This document shows positions 1 to 9,430 of a DNA stretch of 64,000 nucleotides, one piece after another. Made by a program: the position numbers and the translations under genes. The stretch is from a virus. Under the pieces are notes generated by a model. That model saw only the letters and a list, made by a program, of their open reading frames with translations, was not told where the DNA came from and did no database searches. Position 1 is the first letter of the stretch, and every line of letters begins with the position of its first letter. Where the stretch lies: positions 8,836 through 72,835 of the IMG/VR virus record IMGVR_UViG_3300036790_000060, one strand, 5' to 3'.

Positions 1-141
1 GATGCCTACGTTCAGGTCGGTGTTCGGGCCCACCATATCCGGGCAGTAGACTTCCAAATAGATGGCGTCGATCGTCCGGCCGCGCACTACGGACTTCGGG
101 GCGGTTTCGATCGGCGCCCAGCCATTATTCTCCTTGTTCAT
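1..141 (-). CDS. DUF551-like small phage protein (partial, runs off window)
   Basis: Translated by hand: MNKENNGWAPIETAPKSVVRGRTID..., with a WxPIETAPK motif. ATGA overlap with the stop of 138..434. Confidence 0.6.
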   Translation of the reverse strand, partial: MNKENNGWAPIETAPKSVVRGRTIDAIYLEVYCPDMVGPNTDLNVGI

Positions 142-434
142 CTCACCACCAAGCAATGAAGGACGTAAACGTGGGTAGGATCGTCCACGGTATAATCCCA
201 CTCTTCCGGAAGCGGCGTGTTATGCCCCGCGTAGAAGTAGTTCTGGTTGGGCTTGAGCGTCACCGGGATGCTCTCCTTCCGCCCGACGTGTTCCAGCACG
301 CCTTGGACGTAGGTAGCGTCTGGGAAGTGCCGGCGGATATCTCGGTGCGAGATGCTGATCCGCCGTCCCGCCGCGTCGCCCGTCAAGCCATTATGACGGA
401 CGACGACCGGGATGATCTTGCAGGCTTCGGTCAC
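138..434 (-). CDS. hypothetical protein
   Basis: 98-aa ORF coupled by GTGA/ATGA overlaps on both sides. Confidence 0.65.
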   Translation of the reverse strand: MTEACKIIPVVVRHNGLTGDAAGRRISISHRDIRRHFPDATYVQGVLEHVGRKESIPVTLKPNQNYFYAGHNTPLPEEWDYTVDDPTHVYVLHCLVVR

Positions 435-1390
435 TTCGGACCAAGACGCGTGCGCGTCGGTCCGCCACGCTCTTCGATCGGGCGGTTATCGAATGCTGTT
501 CCAAGAATATGGACCGGCCTCGTCTTAAGCAATACCCGCGCCGGGATGTTCTTAATATCCTTCCCAACGTAATAGGCATTCCACACAAACGCTGCCGCAC
601 GGATGCGCTGCCAGTATTTAGCTTCTCCACCTTTATGAGTCGAAAGGTAGTCGAACAGAACCTTCCACTGACCCTTCGGTTGCAGTCCGTGGCCTTCGTT
701 CCGCATCACCGCCCCCCAGAACTCAAGAGCAGCTTCCGGTTTGATCGCCGTCGTCACGAGAGCGACCGCGTAAACTGGCCCTGTCATGATAAGAGGAAGA
801 TACCCTTTCACGCCGTCCGCCCGCGCAGCTTCTAGAGCGTATGAAGCAGTCTGATACTCATTCAGCAGGGTAGCTTGGTGGATATCGCGATCCTTCGTGA
901 TGTCCTCCTTGTTATCGTCCTTCGCGAACCGGCATAGGACGTGCTGCATCGCAGCTAGGGCAACTTTTATATTTGGTATCTTCTCGTCGAGCCCCGTCCC
1001 TTTCGCCGCATCGATCGGTTTCCTACCCAATTGTAGATCGATGCGGCTGTAAGCCTTCCCGACTTCTTCAGCGTTAGACACTTTATGGATAGTCCGAACG
1101 AAGGGGACGGTGATGCCGGACTGGATAACGGCGTTCAGCCGGTGATAGCCGTCCACGAGCTGCAGCGATCCATCCGGAAGCTCGCAGAAGTAAAGTTGCG
1201 TCCATGGCAGGAACGTCCCGTTCCGCATCTTGCTAGCGAGACTGTTCACGTGTCGCTGCCTGATATCACGCTGTCTTTTAAAGGCGTATTTACCCGTGTA
1301 TTCCGTAGCCGTCGCGACGTCTACGGTTACTAGCTTTGTCTCAGCTGGATGTAATCCAGCATACGGCGATATTTTGTTCTTCGCGAGCAT
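431..1390 (-). CDS. ParB/Srx-like (DGQHR-type) domain protein
   Basis: QRDIRQRHV...LVDGYHRLNAV motif; AGGAG RBS upstream. Confidence 0.65.
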   Translation of the reverse strand: MLAKNKISPYAGLHPAETKLVTVDVATATEYTGKYAFKRQRDIRQRHVNSLASKMRNGTFLPWTQLYFCELPDGSLQLVDGYHRLNAVIQSGITVPFVRTIHKVSNAEEVGKAYSRIDLQLGRKPIDAAKGTGLDEKIPNIKVALAAMQHVLCRFAKDDNKEDITKDRDIHQATLLNEYQTASYALEAARADGVKGYLPLIMTGPVYAVALVTTAIKPEAALEFWGAVMRNEGHGLQPKGQWKVLFDYLSTHKGGEAKYWQRIRAAAFVWNAYYVGKDIKNIPARVLLKTRPVHILGTAFDNRPIEERGGPTRTRLGPK

Positions 1391-1423
1391 CCGTAATCTC
1401 CTTCGGGTTAAGGTTCGTAAATT

Positions 1424-2272
1424 TTACGAACCCAGTTCTTCGTATATCCGATCACGCCACGCGGCTTTACCGCTTTTCCATACAGAAAGCAGCTCCTTTC
1501 GCCACGCTGTCTCAGCCTTCTTATCAGCGGCGGATGCGGCCTTGACCGTCTTCGCCACCTCAGGTTCAGGCTTTGGTTTCACGACCACCGTCTCTTCCTT
1601 CGCCGCGTTCCGTTCGGCGATCTTCCTGACGACCTCGAACTGCTCCTCCTTCGGCGCCTTCGCCACTTCGTCCAGCACCACGCCCTTGTCCAGCGCCGTG
1701 CCCTTGATCTCGTCCAGCACGGCGGGATCGATCGCCTTGGCGCGGGCGACGTCGCGAAAGACTTTCCGTTCGGACTGGCCAGTATTAGCTGCGGTATCGG
1801 CGACGAAAGACGTGACATCAGACCTGGGTGCCAAATTGGCAGTCAGGTCCTGACTGGCCGCTTTCTTCATGCCGATCCCCTGCGCTACCCCCGCCTTCGT
1901 CTCCGGGTGGATGTTCTCGTATATCTCCTTCCGCCGTAGAAGGAACCACGCGCGTTCGGACGGGGATAGTTTCGTCCCGCACAGGTTCTCGTCGCACTCG
2001 GCGAGCTGGCAGTGAAGGTCGTCCAGCGATACTACGTGGACTTCTACTTCGTCCCATCCAAGGCGCTTCACCGCTTCCAGCCGATGGAACCCAGCGACTA
2101 GACCGAACCCGTCCACCCAGCCGCCGCCTTTCAGCACCTTGGCAGGTTTGACTGTGAGAGGGTTTAGCAGCCCGACGTCGGTGATACTGGCGACGAGCGC
2201 TTCAACCTGTTTTTCATCGATCCCACGTAACCGGCCGGTCCCGACGATGATCATATCGATGTCGATTAGCAT
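1424..2272 (-). CDS. ParB N-terminal domain protein with HTH-like region
   Basis: GLLNPLTV...LVAGFHRLEAVKRLGW...DENL..LSPSERA. Confidence 0.8.
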   Translation of the reverse strand: MLIDIDMIIVGTGRLRGIDEKQVEALVASITDVGLLNPLTVKPAKVLKGGGWVDGFGLVAGFHRLEAVKRLGWDEVEVHVVSLDDLHCQLAECDENLCGTKLSPSERAWFLLRRKEIYENIHPETKAGVAQGIGMKKAASQDLTANLAPRSDVTSFVADTAANTGQSERKVFRDVARAKAIDPAVLDEIKGTALDKGVVLDEVAKAPKEEQFEVVRKIAERNAAKEETVVVKPKPEPEVAKTVKAASAADKKAETAWRKELLSVWKSGKAAWRDRIYEELGS

Positions 2273-2281
2273 TATATTTTC

Positions 2282-2683
2282 CTATACCTTCGTGACGGAA
2301 ACGGACACCGCGTTGAACGCGCCGACGCCAGGAACCTTCTTCCCGGCTTCCCACCGTTCGTGGATCGCCGCTTCGTTCAGACGCTTCTGCATCAGCTCGA
2401 ACTGGCCGGTCTTCTTGAGGTATTTGTAGAAGAGTTCCCAGTCCTCGACGATCGGGATCATCTTCGTGACGATCGTCGCCTTGGCGACCTTGCCGATGGC
2501 GCCGCGCGAGTCGGACTTCGGGAGCGTGGCGATCAGGTGCTCCTTGATTGCCTTTTCGTAGGCGTCCAGTTCCGCGACGTCCTTCTGTTCGGACAGGCGC
2601 TGTTCGCGCGTCGCGTAAAGGGTATCCGCGCACGCTCCGATCGTCTTCGGGATCGGGCGGGTCTTCTTCGGCGGTGCTGGCAT
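2282..2683 (-). CDS. phage hypothetical protein (coiled coil, basic)
   Basis: 133-aa ORF, AAGGAA RBS, C-terminal KVPGV motif. Confidence 0.75.
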   Translation of the reverse strand: MPAPPKKTRPIPKTIGACADTLYATREQRLSEQKDVAELDAYEKAIKEHLIATLPKSDSRGAIGKVAKATIVTKMIPIVEDWELFYKYLKKTGQFELMQKRLNEAAIHERWEAGKKVPGVGAFNAVSVSVTKV

Positions 2684-2741
2684 TTCGTATTCCTTTCCTG
2701 TTCTAGATCATATCGCGTCGATCGATCACTTGTCGACGATT

Positions 2742-3131
2742 TTATTCAGCTGGCGTTTCGTCTTTCACGCATTCCATTACGCTGATGTATTTCCCGGCGG
2801 GACCGTCTTTCAGGTTATCCAGCACGCCGTGAACGACCTGTCGGATAACCTTACCCGGATTATTGCAGTCCCCGATCGCGTAAGGCATCAGGACGCGCTC
2901 CACCGTCCGTCGGTTCGACGGCTTCAGCAGCGCGTGGACGTCCGGTATTTCGCCGGACGGCGCGGTGAAGAAGACGAAGACGTAGACCTTCGGGTTAGAC
3001 CGGGCGAACGTCAGTATCTGGTGCGCGTTCCGGTCGATCAGGATGGCGTAGCGGAGTTCGCTGGCGGGAGGCGTCGGGGCGGTCGCGGCGCTGACGTCTA
3101 CGACCACCATAGGCGGCTTCTTGCGGGTCAT
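2742..3131 (-). CDS. hypothetical protein
   Basis: Start moved to MTRKKPP (ATGA overlap with 3128..3472). Confidence 0.6.
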   Translation of the reverse strand: MTRKKPPMVVVDVSAATAPTPPASELRYAILIDRNAHQILTFARSNPKVYVFVFFTAPSGEIPDVHALLKPSNRRTVERVLMPYAIGDCNNPGKVIRQVVHGVLDNLKDGPAGKYISVMECVKDETPAE

Positions 3132-3472
3132 GGATCGGATCGTCCGGCGTGATCCGGCGACCATATGTAAAGCGGTTCGCCAGCAGCGTTCTCCTTTATG
3201 GTTGCTGTACCAGTGAACCGAACGTTGCCGCCGTGATGAGTATCGATAACCGCAGTAACGTGGCACACTATTGACGCCGACGCGCGATCGAGCGATACCG
3301 TCGTTATGTGTTCAAGATCGACCACGTAAAAATTCAATCCGCGATCGTGGAATTGGTTCGTCATGAACCCCATAATCACGCTGGCTACTAGCTGATCGCG
3401 ACAGTTATCGATCTGCGCCATCGCCGGGAACGCCAGGGCAACGAATGCCCCGGCCAACAAGAGCTTACGCAT
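3128..3472 (-). CDS. putative secreted protein
   Basis: Signal peptide MRKLLLAGAFVALAFPAMA-Q. Confidence 0.7.
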   Translation of the reverse strand: MRKLLLAGAFVALAFPAMAQIDNCRDQLVASVIMGFMTNQFHDRGLNFYVVDLEHITTVSLDRASASIVCHVTAVIDTHHGGNVRFTGTATIKENAAGEPLYIWSPDHAGRSDP

Positions 3473-3475
3473 CGA

Positions 3476-3877
3476 TCAGTCCTCCTTGGCTGCCTTCATA
3501 CATGCCTGGTAGCCATCTACCAGGATCATCATCAGTAGGTCGTCGGGATCGTCGGACGGCGGCGTGATCTGGATGATGACCATCCGCGCGTTGCTCCTCG
3601 GATCGATCTCCGCCTTGAACCCCTTCGTCGCGTTGAACATATCAACGATGTCCTGCGGGGTATGGATCGGGGTGCCGAAGTCGTCCTGCACGTCGGCGAC
3701 CGCCGTGCAGAGGTTCGGCGGTTTCCCGACGATCCGCCAGTCCGGTTCCGACGCGTGGGCGCACGAGTAGGCGGCGAGGCACAGGAGCGCGACGATCCCC
3801 CAGCCGACGACGAACCGCACGGGGCGGAACATCAGCAGCACGATCAGGAATAGCGCGGGAAGCGTGAGTATGATCAT
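3476..3877 (-). CDS. putative membrane/exported protein
   Basis: Two N-terminal hydrophobic segments ending AHA-S. Confidence 0.65.
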   Translation of the reverse strand: MIILTLPALFLIVLLMFRPVRFVVGWGIVALLCLAAYSCAHASEPDWRIVGKPPNLCTAVADVQDDFGTPIHTPQDIVDMFNATKGFKAEIDPRSNARMVIIQITPPSDDPDDLLMMILVDGYQACMKAAKED

Positions 3878-4083
3878 GGGAACGACTCCTCCTTAGTTTC
3901 GTATCGGCGCATCGTAACGCGGCACGTGAAGCCGTAGTCGCATTCGATCTCGGCTTCCACGTTGTTGAACCGCTTCGCGTCGGCGTGGTTCCGCAGGACG
4001 TGCGACGATACCAGGTGCGCGACTTCGTCCTTATCGAGGGTGAAGACCTTCGTCTCCGTCAGCGTGACATCGACCTTGATCAT
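3874..4083 (-). CDS. hypothetical protein
   Basis: Coupled ORF with GGAGG RBS. Confidence 0.6.
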   Translation of the reverse strand: MIKVDVTLTETKVFTLDKDEVAHLVSSHVLRNHADAKRFNNVEAEIECDYGFTCRVTMRRYETKEESFP

Positions 4084-4280
4084 GACGGCCTCCTAGCGAC
4101 GTGGCGTAGCTTCGCCGGTTCGCCCATCTCGTATTCGACCTGCTGCTGGGACACGAGCGCGTCGTCGAGGTTATCGAAGGCGAACAGCGGCGCCCAGTAG
4201 CCGTCCTGGTTGACATGGACTATCATACCGTCGCGGTAAGCCCGATACCCCGGACGCCATACGTAGAGGTGATACTCCAT
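4080..4280 (-). CDS. hypothetical protein
   Basis: Start moved to MEYHLYVW after GGAGG. Confidence 0.55.
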   Translation of the reverse strand: MEYHLYVWRPGYRAYRDGMIVHVNQDGYWAPLFAFDNLDDALVSQQQVEYEMGEPAKLRHVARRPS

Positions 4281-4501
4281 CACAGCCTCCCGCAGAATAA
4301 GTTCGGTCCGATCCCCCACGCGGGAAGGAATAGGTCGAACAGGGTGTAGATCGCCGGGACGGTCATCGCCACCATGACGATCCCCGATGCGGCGAGCGCT
4401 ACCGAAGCGTTCGTCTGATACATCTTCGGGAATTCGATCGAACACGATTTGATCATCTTGTACAAGACGATCACTTGCGCCAGCATGAGCCACGTGATCA
4501 T
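4280..4501 (-). CDS. small membrane protein
   Basis: Two hydrophobic segments; coupled to neighbours. Confidence 0.55.
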   Translation of the reverse strand: MITWLMLAQVIVLYKMIKSCSIEFPKMYQTNASVALAASGIVMVAMTVPAIYTLFDLFLPAWGIGPNLFCGRL

Positions 4502-4674
4502 AGCCCCATCCCCCTGATAAGCAGCTCGATCTTGAGCCGTTCCACGATGTTATGTCGTTTGTCCTCGTCGCCGACGATATCGAACCCCTGGGATAGGCAG
4601 CGCTGGACGTCGCCCAGCGCCATCTTCGCTATCGGGACTTCGGCACCGTCGATCTGATACATGTAGTCCCGCAT
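4498..4674 (-). CDS. hypothetical protein (58 aa, not in ORF track)
   Basis: MRDYMYQIDGAEVPIAK...LLIRGMGL; GAGG RBS; fills the gap. Confidence 0.55.
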   Translation of the reverse strand: MRDYMYQIDGAEVPIAKMALGDVQRCLSQGFDIVGDEDKRHNIVERLKIELLIRGMGL

Positions 4675-4675
4675 A

Positions 4676-5287
4676 TTAGACCTCTCCGTTCCGCTTCATT
4701 TCGCCCAGGTAGAACCGAACACCGGCGGTCGCGCGCTTCTGGTCGTGCATAACCGGGAACCGGCCTTTCGAAAAGTCGTCCGTCAGCTTCGCGACGACCA
4801 CCTCGACCGTCAGGCCCTTCAAGAGGTATTCGCGGGCGACGGACCGGAACGTCTCGGCACGGACGCCAGGAGCCTTCACAGAGGCCTTCCTCGCCGGTTC
4901 CGCCGCGTCGCCCGCGATCAGCTTCTGCGCGAGGTTCGCCGTGGTCGATTTCGCGGCTACCTCGTTCGCCATCCGCCTCACGGCCTTCATCATCGCGGGT
5001 GACGGTTCCGGCACGTGGCCGATAACGAGCTGGGCGACCGGAGGCGGTTCCTCGGTCGGCTTGCCGGGAAGGACGATATCGGTCAGGTGGTTCGGGCAGG
5101 GTGTGCCGTTCGCGGTATCACGGAGGGACGTGGCGACCTTCACGAGGCGCTTGATCCCGGTCGGGCGATCCTGGAACTTCTTGACCTGCGGGACGTTCGC
5201 CGCGAAGGAAAGGTTATTGAAGCTGAAGACCAGTTCGGCGCTGGTCATACCGTTGATCTGTTCGTCGGTGGGGATCGTGGTAGACAT
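4676..5287 (-). CDS. early protein with C-terminal helical (HTH-like) domain
   Basis: Start MSTTIPTD after AGGAG; N- and C-terminal domains resemble 50361..50849. Confidence 0.7.
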   Translation of the reverse strand: MSTTIPTDEQINGMTSAELVFSFNNLSFAANVPQVKKFQDRPTGIKRLVKVATSLRDTANGTPCPNHLTDIVLPGKPTEEPPPVAQLVIGHVPEPSPAMMKAVRRMANEVAAKSTTANLAQKLIAGDAAEPARKASVKAPGVRAETFRSVAREYLLKGLTVEVVVAKLTDDFSKGRFPVMHDQKRATAGVRFYLGEMKRNGEV

Positions 5288-5345
5288 TCTAGTTCTCCTG
5301 TTTAGGCGTTTCTGGTTTTTCGCCAACCGTTCGTTGGTGATTTGG

Positions 5346-5374
5346 GATATACGCCACGACGTTGGGGATGTAAA
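5346..5374 (-). promoter_or_regulatory. sigma70-like early promoter
   Basis: TTTACA-17bp-TATATC; TTTACATCCC also at 9046-9055 and 55179-55188. Confidence 0.55.
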
Positions 5375-5456
5375 CGAAATTGTGTTGATATAATGAAAAA
5401 AGATTTTTGGTTACTGATTGTAATAACCCTGGACAGGGCTATTTCAGACACAGCAT

Positions 5457-5488
5457 AAAAAAAGGGGCGATCCCGCGAAGGACCGCCC
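5457..5488 (-). terminator. rho-independent terminator
   Basis: GGGCGGTCC-TTCGCG-GGATCGCCC hairpin followed by C and a T7 run. Confidence 0.8.
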
Positions 5489-5549
5489 AAGTTTACAGGG
5501 AGGAAACGTCCTAGAAAGCAGAGACCAAACGGCGCCTGCGGGATCATCA

Positions 5550-5876
5550 TTAACCGACGTCCGGCGGGATGTACAGGACTGTTTTCGCCGGGTGCCGCTT
5601 CCCCGTCTCGCCGCAGAGTTCGCACGGCATCATGACGGACTGCCAACCGCGCGATAGAAGGACACGGCCGACGCCCGCGCAGTTCGGGCACATATCGTCC
5701 AGGGCGTAGCGCGTCGCGGCCAGGCGTGCCTGGACGAGCTGATCGTAGGCGTAGACCGTCCCGCCGCCGTCCGGATGCGCGATCTTCGAAAGCTGGCGGA
5801 ACCGCCTGTGGATATCTTCCGGTGACGCGTTCGGCGTCAGCCGGAGGAGCGCGAAGGCTTCGGTAGCGTTCATCAT
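5550..5876 (-). CDS. J-domain (DnaJ-like) protein with Zn-finger repeats
   Basis: LSKIAHPDGGG (HPD motif), CPNCAGVG and CELCGETG. Confidence 0.8.
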   Translation of the reverse strand: MMNATEAFALLRLTPNASPEDIHRRFRQLSKIAHPDGGGTVYAYDQLVQARLAATRYALDDMCPNCAGVGRVLLSRGWQSVMMPCELCGETGKRHPAKTVLYIPPDVG

Positions 5877-6049
5877 ATCAGGTCCAGTATCACGGTGATG
5901 ATTTCACATAATTCGGCGATCGTGTCCGCCATGACGAGCGCGTCGCCGATCGCCTGCTTAATGAGAACGCGGCGCGCGTGGGTTAAGCTGCATTCGTGCT
6001 TAACCCGATACGCCTTGATTTCCGCTATGGTGACCCGTCGAACGGTCAT
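5873..6049 (-). CDS. hypothetical protein (58 aa, not in ORF track)
   Basis: MTVRRVTIAEIKAYR...ILDLI; ATGA overlap with the J-domain gene. Confidence 0.5.
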   Translation of the reverse strand: MTVRRVTIAEIKAYRVKHECSLTHARRVLIKQAIGDALVMADTIAELCEIITVILDLI

Positions 6050-6289
6050 TCAGATTTCCTCGTAGCACTGGCTGTGTTCGCGGCGCCCGTCGTCGTCCGT
6101 CCAGTCGTGGAACGTGGTGAAGTTCGGACAGACAGCGGAGTGGTCCGGATACCCCGGACGAATAAGCGGCGCGATATGCGGGTGGTCGGTGAACACCACA
6201 CGGCTGGCGCTGGCGTTATGGGCTTCGGGGATCGCTACATAGATCGCGAGCATCGCGACCAAGGCGACCAGCGTGACTGCGTAGGACAT
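6050..6289 (-). CDS. small exported/membrane protein
   Basis: N-terminal hydrophobic segment; GGAG RBS. Confidence 0.55.
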   Translation of the reverse strand: MSYAVTLVALVAMLAIYVAIPEAHNASASRVVFTDHPHIAPLIRPGYPDHSAVCPNFTTFHDWTDDDGRREHSQCYEEI

Positions 6290-6358
6290 GTTTCGTCTCC
6301 CCCTTGGTTCGGACGGCGCGGGCTTCGGGACCGCGCCGCTCGATGTGAACCCCCTTCG

Positions 6359-6568
6359 TTAAGCCTTCAGCGCGGCGACGAGCTCGGCGCCGTGCGCCTT
6401 CGCGGCCTTGACCATGTCCTTGGCACCGGCGGTCGCGTGGAATTCGACGTGCTGCGCGGTGACCGTCTTCGCGATGGCGACGTGCGCCTTGGTCACTTCC
6501 TTCACGGCCTTGTCGACGGACTTCTGGACGAGCTCGGCAACACCGGGCTGTTCGATCAGTTTAGCCAT
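6359..6568 (-). CDS. small Ala/Lys-rich protein
   Basis: AAGGAG RBS; promoter-like TTTACA-17-TAGGTT upstream. Confidence 0.65.
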   Translation of the reverse strand: MAKLIEQPGVAELVQKSVDKAVKEVTKAHVAIAKTVTAQHVEFHATAGAKDMVKAAKAHGAELVAALKA

Positions 6569-6659
6569 TCTCAGTCTCCTTCGTTCGTTGTGCCATAAGC
6601 GGCGGTCGGAAACCTAATCGCGCGCTCACGCTTTGTAAATCATTAAAATACAAACGGCG

Positions 6660-8774
6660 TCAGTATTTTTTCCCGTCAGCGTTCCTCTTCGCGATCGACT
6701 TCGGCTTCGGTGACGAAGGCGCAGGTGGGACACTACCAGTCGTTGAGTCATCGTCACTATAGCCCGTGAACCCAGGCGGCGGTAGGAACCGGCGCGTTCC
6801 GTTGCTGCGCTTCTCCGTCCATCCCAGGCGCTTAAGCGTCGTCGCGATCTTGTTCGATATCCCGCTGTGGATGCTCTTCTTCTCGAAGTTGAGGCCCTCT
6901 TCAGCGACGCTGTTCGTTGTAACCGTGAACGACGCGAGACGAACCGGGTCCATCGATACGATCTTGTACGTGTGATTAAGGTGCTCCTTGATGAAGTCAT
7001 CCCAGTCGCCGCCCGCGAAGTATTTGTCCTGCTCGGGGTTAAACAGCCGGGCTTCCAGGTCAGGCGTCGGATACCACTTCTCACCGGCCTGATACATGAT
7101 GAACGCCTCGGCGAACAGCTGGTCGCGGTCGGCGCGTAGGCCGGATAGATCGATCTTCCCGGAATGGACGGGCCAGAACCTACGGTTCCCGGTTTCGTCC
7201 TTAAGGAACTTCTCTTCGTTGGTCGTGCCGACGAATACACACTGGCGGGGCTCGATCGACTCCGTCTTCCCATACATCCGCGTGTACTTTTCCGTCTGCC
7301 GTGTAATGAACCGCTTGATATCCTCGACTTCGGCTTTCCGCATCGCGGATAGTTCGGCGATCTCGATTAACCACTTCCCGTTGAGGTGGGAAGACAGGCG
7401 CTTCTCGTCGTTCCCGTCCAGCTTCGGTAGCTGATCGGAGAAGTATTCCTCACTAGCGAGGATCGAAAGCGCGGTAGACTTCCCTTCGCCCTGCTTCGGA
7501 TCGACAAGGACCATCATGTAGTCGCACTTGCATCCCGGTTTCTCGACACGTGCGACCATCGCGATCAGGACCATCCTGCCCATCGCGTCGGTGTATTCGT
7601 TTTGCTCCACGCCGAAGTATCGCGCCAGCCAACCGGTCAGGCGCGGTTTCTTGTCCCACGTGACGGAACGCAGATAGTCGCGGACGGGGTGGAACGGCTT
7701 CTGGTAGGAACGCAGCTTGATCGCGGTTCGCACGTCGTTATCTCCTATTCGGGAAAGGCCACCGTATCCCTGAAGCCAGTCCTGGGTGCGTGATACGTCG
7801 TGGTCGGTCCATCGCCGCCGCGTGAATGTATCCGCGTCGTCGTCGAGTAGCGGCTGGATGACCGACGGTTCGACCTGCATCTGATCGAACGCGAAGACGT
7901 CCTTGATATCGGGCGCTGAACGCATCGCGACGCCAACGTTATGGAGATTATTGATTGGCCCGGTATCACTCATCTGATACTGGCTCTGCCAGTCTTCCAG
8001 GCGCGGCGCCGCCTTCATCAGTGCTTTAAGATTGGCGCCCTTCGTCAGGAGGTAGTCGTCAAGCCCCACCTTAAGGTCGTCAGGCTGCGGAAGATCGATC
8101 CGGTAGACTAAGGCGCCCCGCTTGATGAGACGGGCTGTCAGCGCGCTGAGGGCATTCTGGACTTCGGGTTTAATCGCGATGTCGGAGTCGAACGCGATGT
8201 AGACCTGGCGAAGTTCCCACGGGACGTGGAGTTCGGGAAGGAGTTCGTAGTCCATCTTCCCGGCCATGAATGACCATACGCCACCGAGGCCGATCGTCGG
8301 GAACCCGTGCTTCGCCCCGGCTGCGGCTTTTAGTTCGCCTTCGGTGATCACGATCGGTCGCGCTGTGTCTTCCAGCACTTCTCGCCAGTTCACGGTCGGC
8401 GGGAAGTAGGCGCGGACGCGGGAGCCGAAAGCCTGCGCGTATTTCGGAAACCGGCGCGGCTTCCCCTTATCGTCGGGCGGTAGGATCGGGAGGGGATCGG
8501 TCAGGCAGCGTGCGCGGTAGAACGGACCTGACGGGTCGAGTCCGTTGATCATCGGCACTGTAGTGTTCCACGGATCGAAGTAGGGTATCCGTAGCGCCGG
8601 GTGCCCACCCTTCCAGAGCTTCGCCGCGCCGGACTCGGTCGCGGTCATCGCTGACATCTTAAGAGCGTGGCCGTCTTTTTCGGTCAGGCCTGATGTCGCC
8701 AGCTTCGCGACGGCTATCTTCCAGATAGCTGGCGCGTCGAGTACCGTCTTGCCGGTGAAATCTTTTGCAGCCAT
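6660..8774 (-). CDS. DNA primase-helicase (DUF3854/TOPRIM + VirE/VapE P-loop domain)
   Basis: VITEGELKA, YIAFDSD, GLDDYL (TOPRIM); QGEGKST Walker A; WLIEIAEL, GTTN, DETGNRRFWP (VirE). Confidence 0.9.
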   Translation of the reverse strand: MAAKDFTGKTVLDAPAIWKIAVAKLATSGLTEKDGHALKMSAMTATESGAAKLWKGGHPALRIPYFDPWNTTVPMINGLDPSGPFYRARCLTDPLPILPPDDKGKPRRFPKYAQAFGSRVRAYFPPTVNWREVLEDTARPIVITEGELKAAAGAKHGFPTIGLGGVWSFMAGKMDYELLPELHVPWELRQVYIAFDSDIAIKPEVQNALSALTARLIKRGALVYRIDLPQPDDLKVGLDDYLLTKGANLKALMKAAPRLEDWQSQYQMSDTGPINNLHNVGVAMRSAPDIKDVFAFDQMQVEPSVIQPLLDDDADTFTRRRWTDHDVSRTQDWLQGYGGLSRIGDNDVRTAIKLRSYQKPFHPVRDYLRSVTWDKKPRLTGWLARYFGVEQNEYTDAMGRMVLIAMVARVEKPGCKCDYMMVLVDPKQGEGKSTALSILASEEYFSDQLPKLDGNDEKRLSSHLNGKWLIEIAELSAMRKAEVEDIKRFITRQTEKYTRMYGKTESIEPRQCVFVGTTNEEKFLKDETGNRRFWPVHSGKIDLSGLRADRDQLFAEAFIMYQAGEKWYPTPDLEARLFNPEQDKYFAGGDWDDFIKEHLNHTYKIVSMDPVRLASFTVTTNSVAEEGLNFEKKSIHSGISNKIATTLKRLGWTEKRSNGTRRFLPPPGFTGYSDDDSTTGSVPPAPSSPKPKSIAKRNADGKKY

Positions 8775-8817
8775 AGGTGACGTCCTCTACCAGGTTTTAA
8801 GATCAGCCTGGCGAGGA

Positions 8818-8997
8818 TCATCCATCGGTTTCGTCGGGATACACGACCGTAGGGACAGGGCGATCGAGTTCGCGGATAATCGCGCGGCGCATGATTTCCG
8901 AAGGGCGCCGGTCTTCGACCACGGCACGGTCTTTCAGCCTGGCTACGGTCCCTGGTGGGAGACGAACCATGATCATATCCGTAAGCACGCGAGCCAT
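8818..8997 (-). CDS. ribbon-helix-helix (CopG/Arc-like) regulator, 59 aa, not in ORF track
   Basis: MARVLTDMIMVRLPPGTVARLKDRAVVEDRRPSEIMRRAIIREL; AAGGAG RBS. Confidence 0.7.
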   Translation of the reverse strand: MARVLTDMIMVRLPPGTVARLKDRAVVEDRRPSEIMRRAIIRELDRPVPTVVYPDETDG

Positions 8998-9097
8998 AGG
9001 CAGCTCCTTCGGTAAGCGGGGTAGCCCGTTTATACGAACCCCGGCGGGATGTAAATCATCATATAACCTGGTATGATGGAAGGGCCGTTTTGGGCCC

Positions 9098-9430
9098 TTA
9101 GTGTCGACCTTTCGCGAATTATGTCGACACTAGACGTCGACACTTCCTCTAAGCTGCTGATCTATAAAGGGAAAAATCGAAAGTGTCGACTAGTGTCGAC
9201 TACTTCTTGAAACCCCCCGGATGGTTTTTCCTAAAACCCTATTACCTATTAGATAGAGACCCTGTCGGCACTTATCGACACTTCCCCCCTTAAACCGCTG
9301 ATATGATTAGGCAAATCGTAGTGTCGACGGTCGGCCCTAGTCGACACTATTGGGCCCCTTTTGGCCCTTTTGACCGTGTACTCGCATAACCGTGGCGATC
9401 GCCGATTGCAGGTGATTTAGTGTCGACACG
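9098..9430. repeat. iteron-like GTCGAC/TAGTGTCGAC repeat cluster, putative replication origin
   Basis: GTCGAC at 9103, 9123, 9136, 9185, 9195, 9323, 9340 and 9422, plus degenerate copies, in an AT-richer intergenic stretch between divergent operons. Confidence 0.7.

Noticed and set aside
9098-9430. Possible CRISPR array
   Set aside because: Repeats are 6-10 bp, in both orientations and irregularly spaced; no cas genes.
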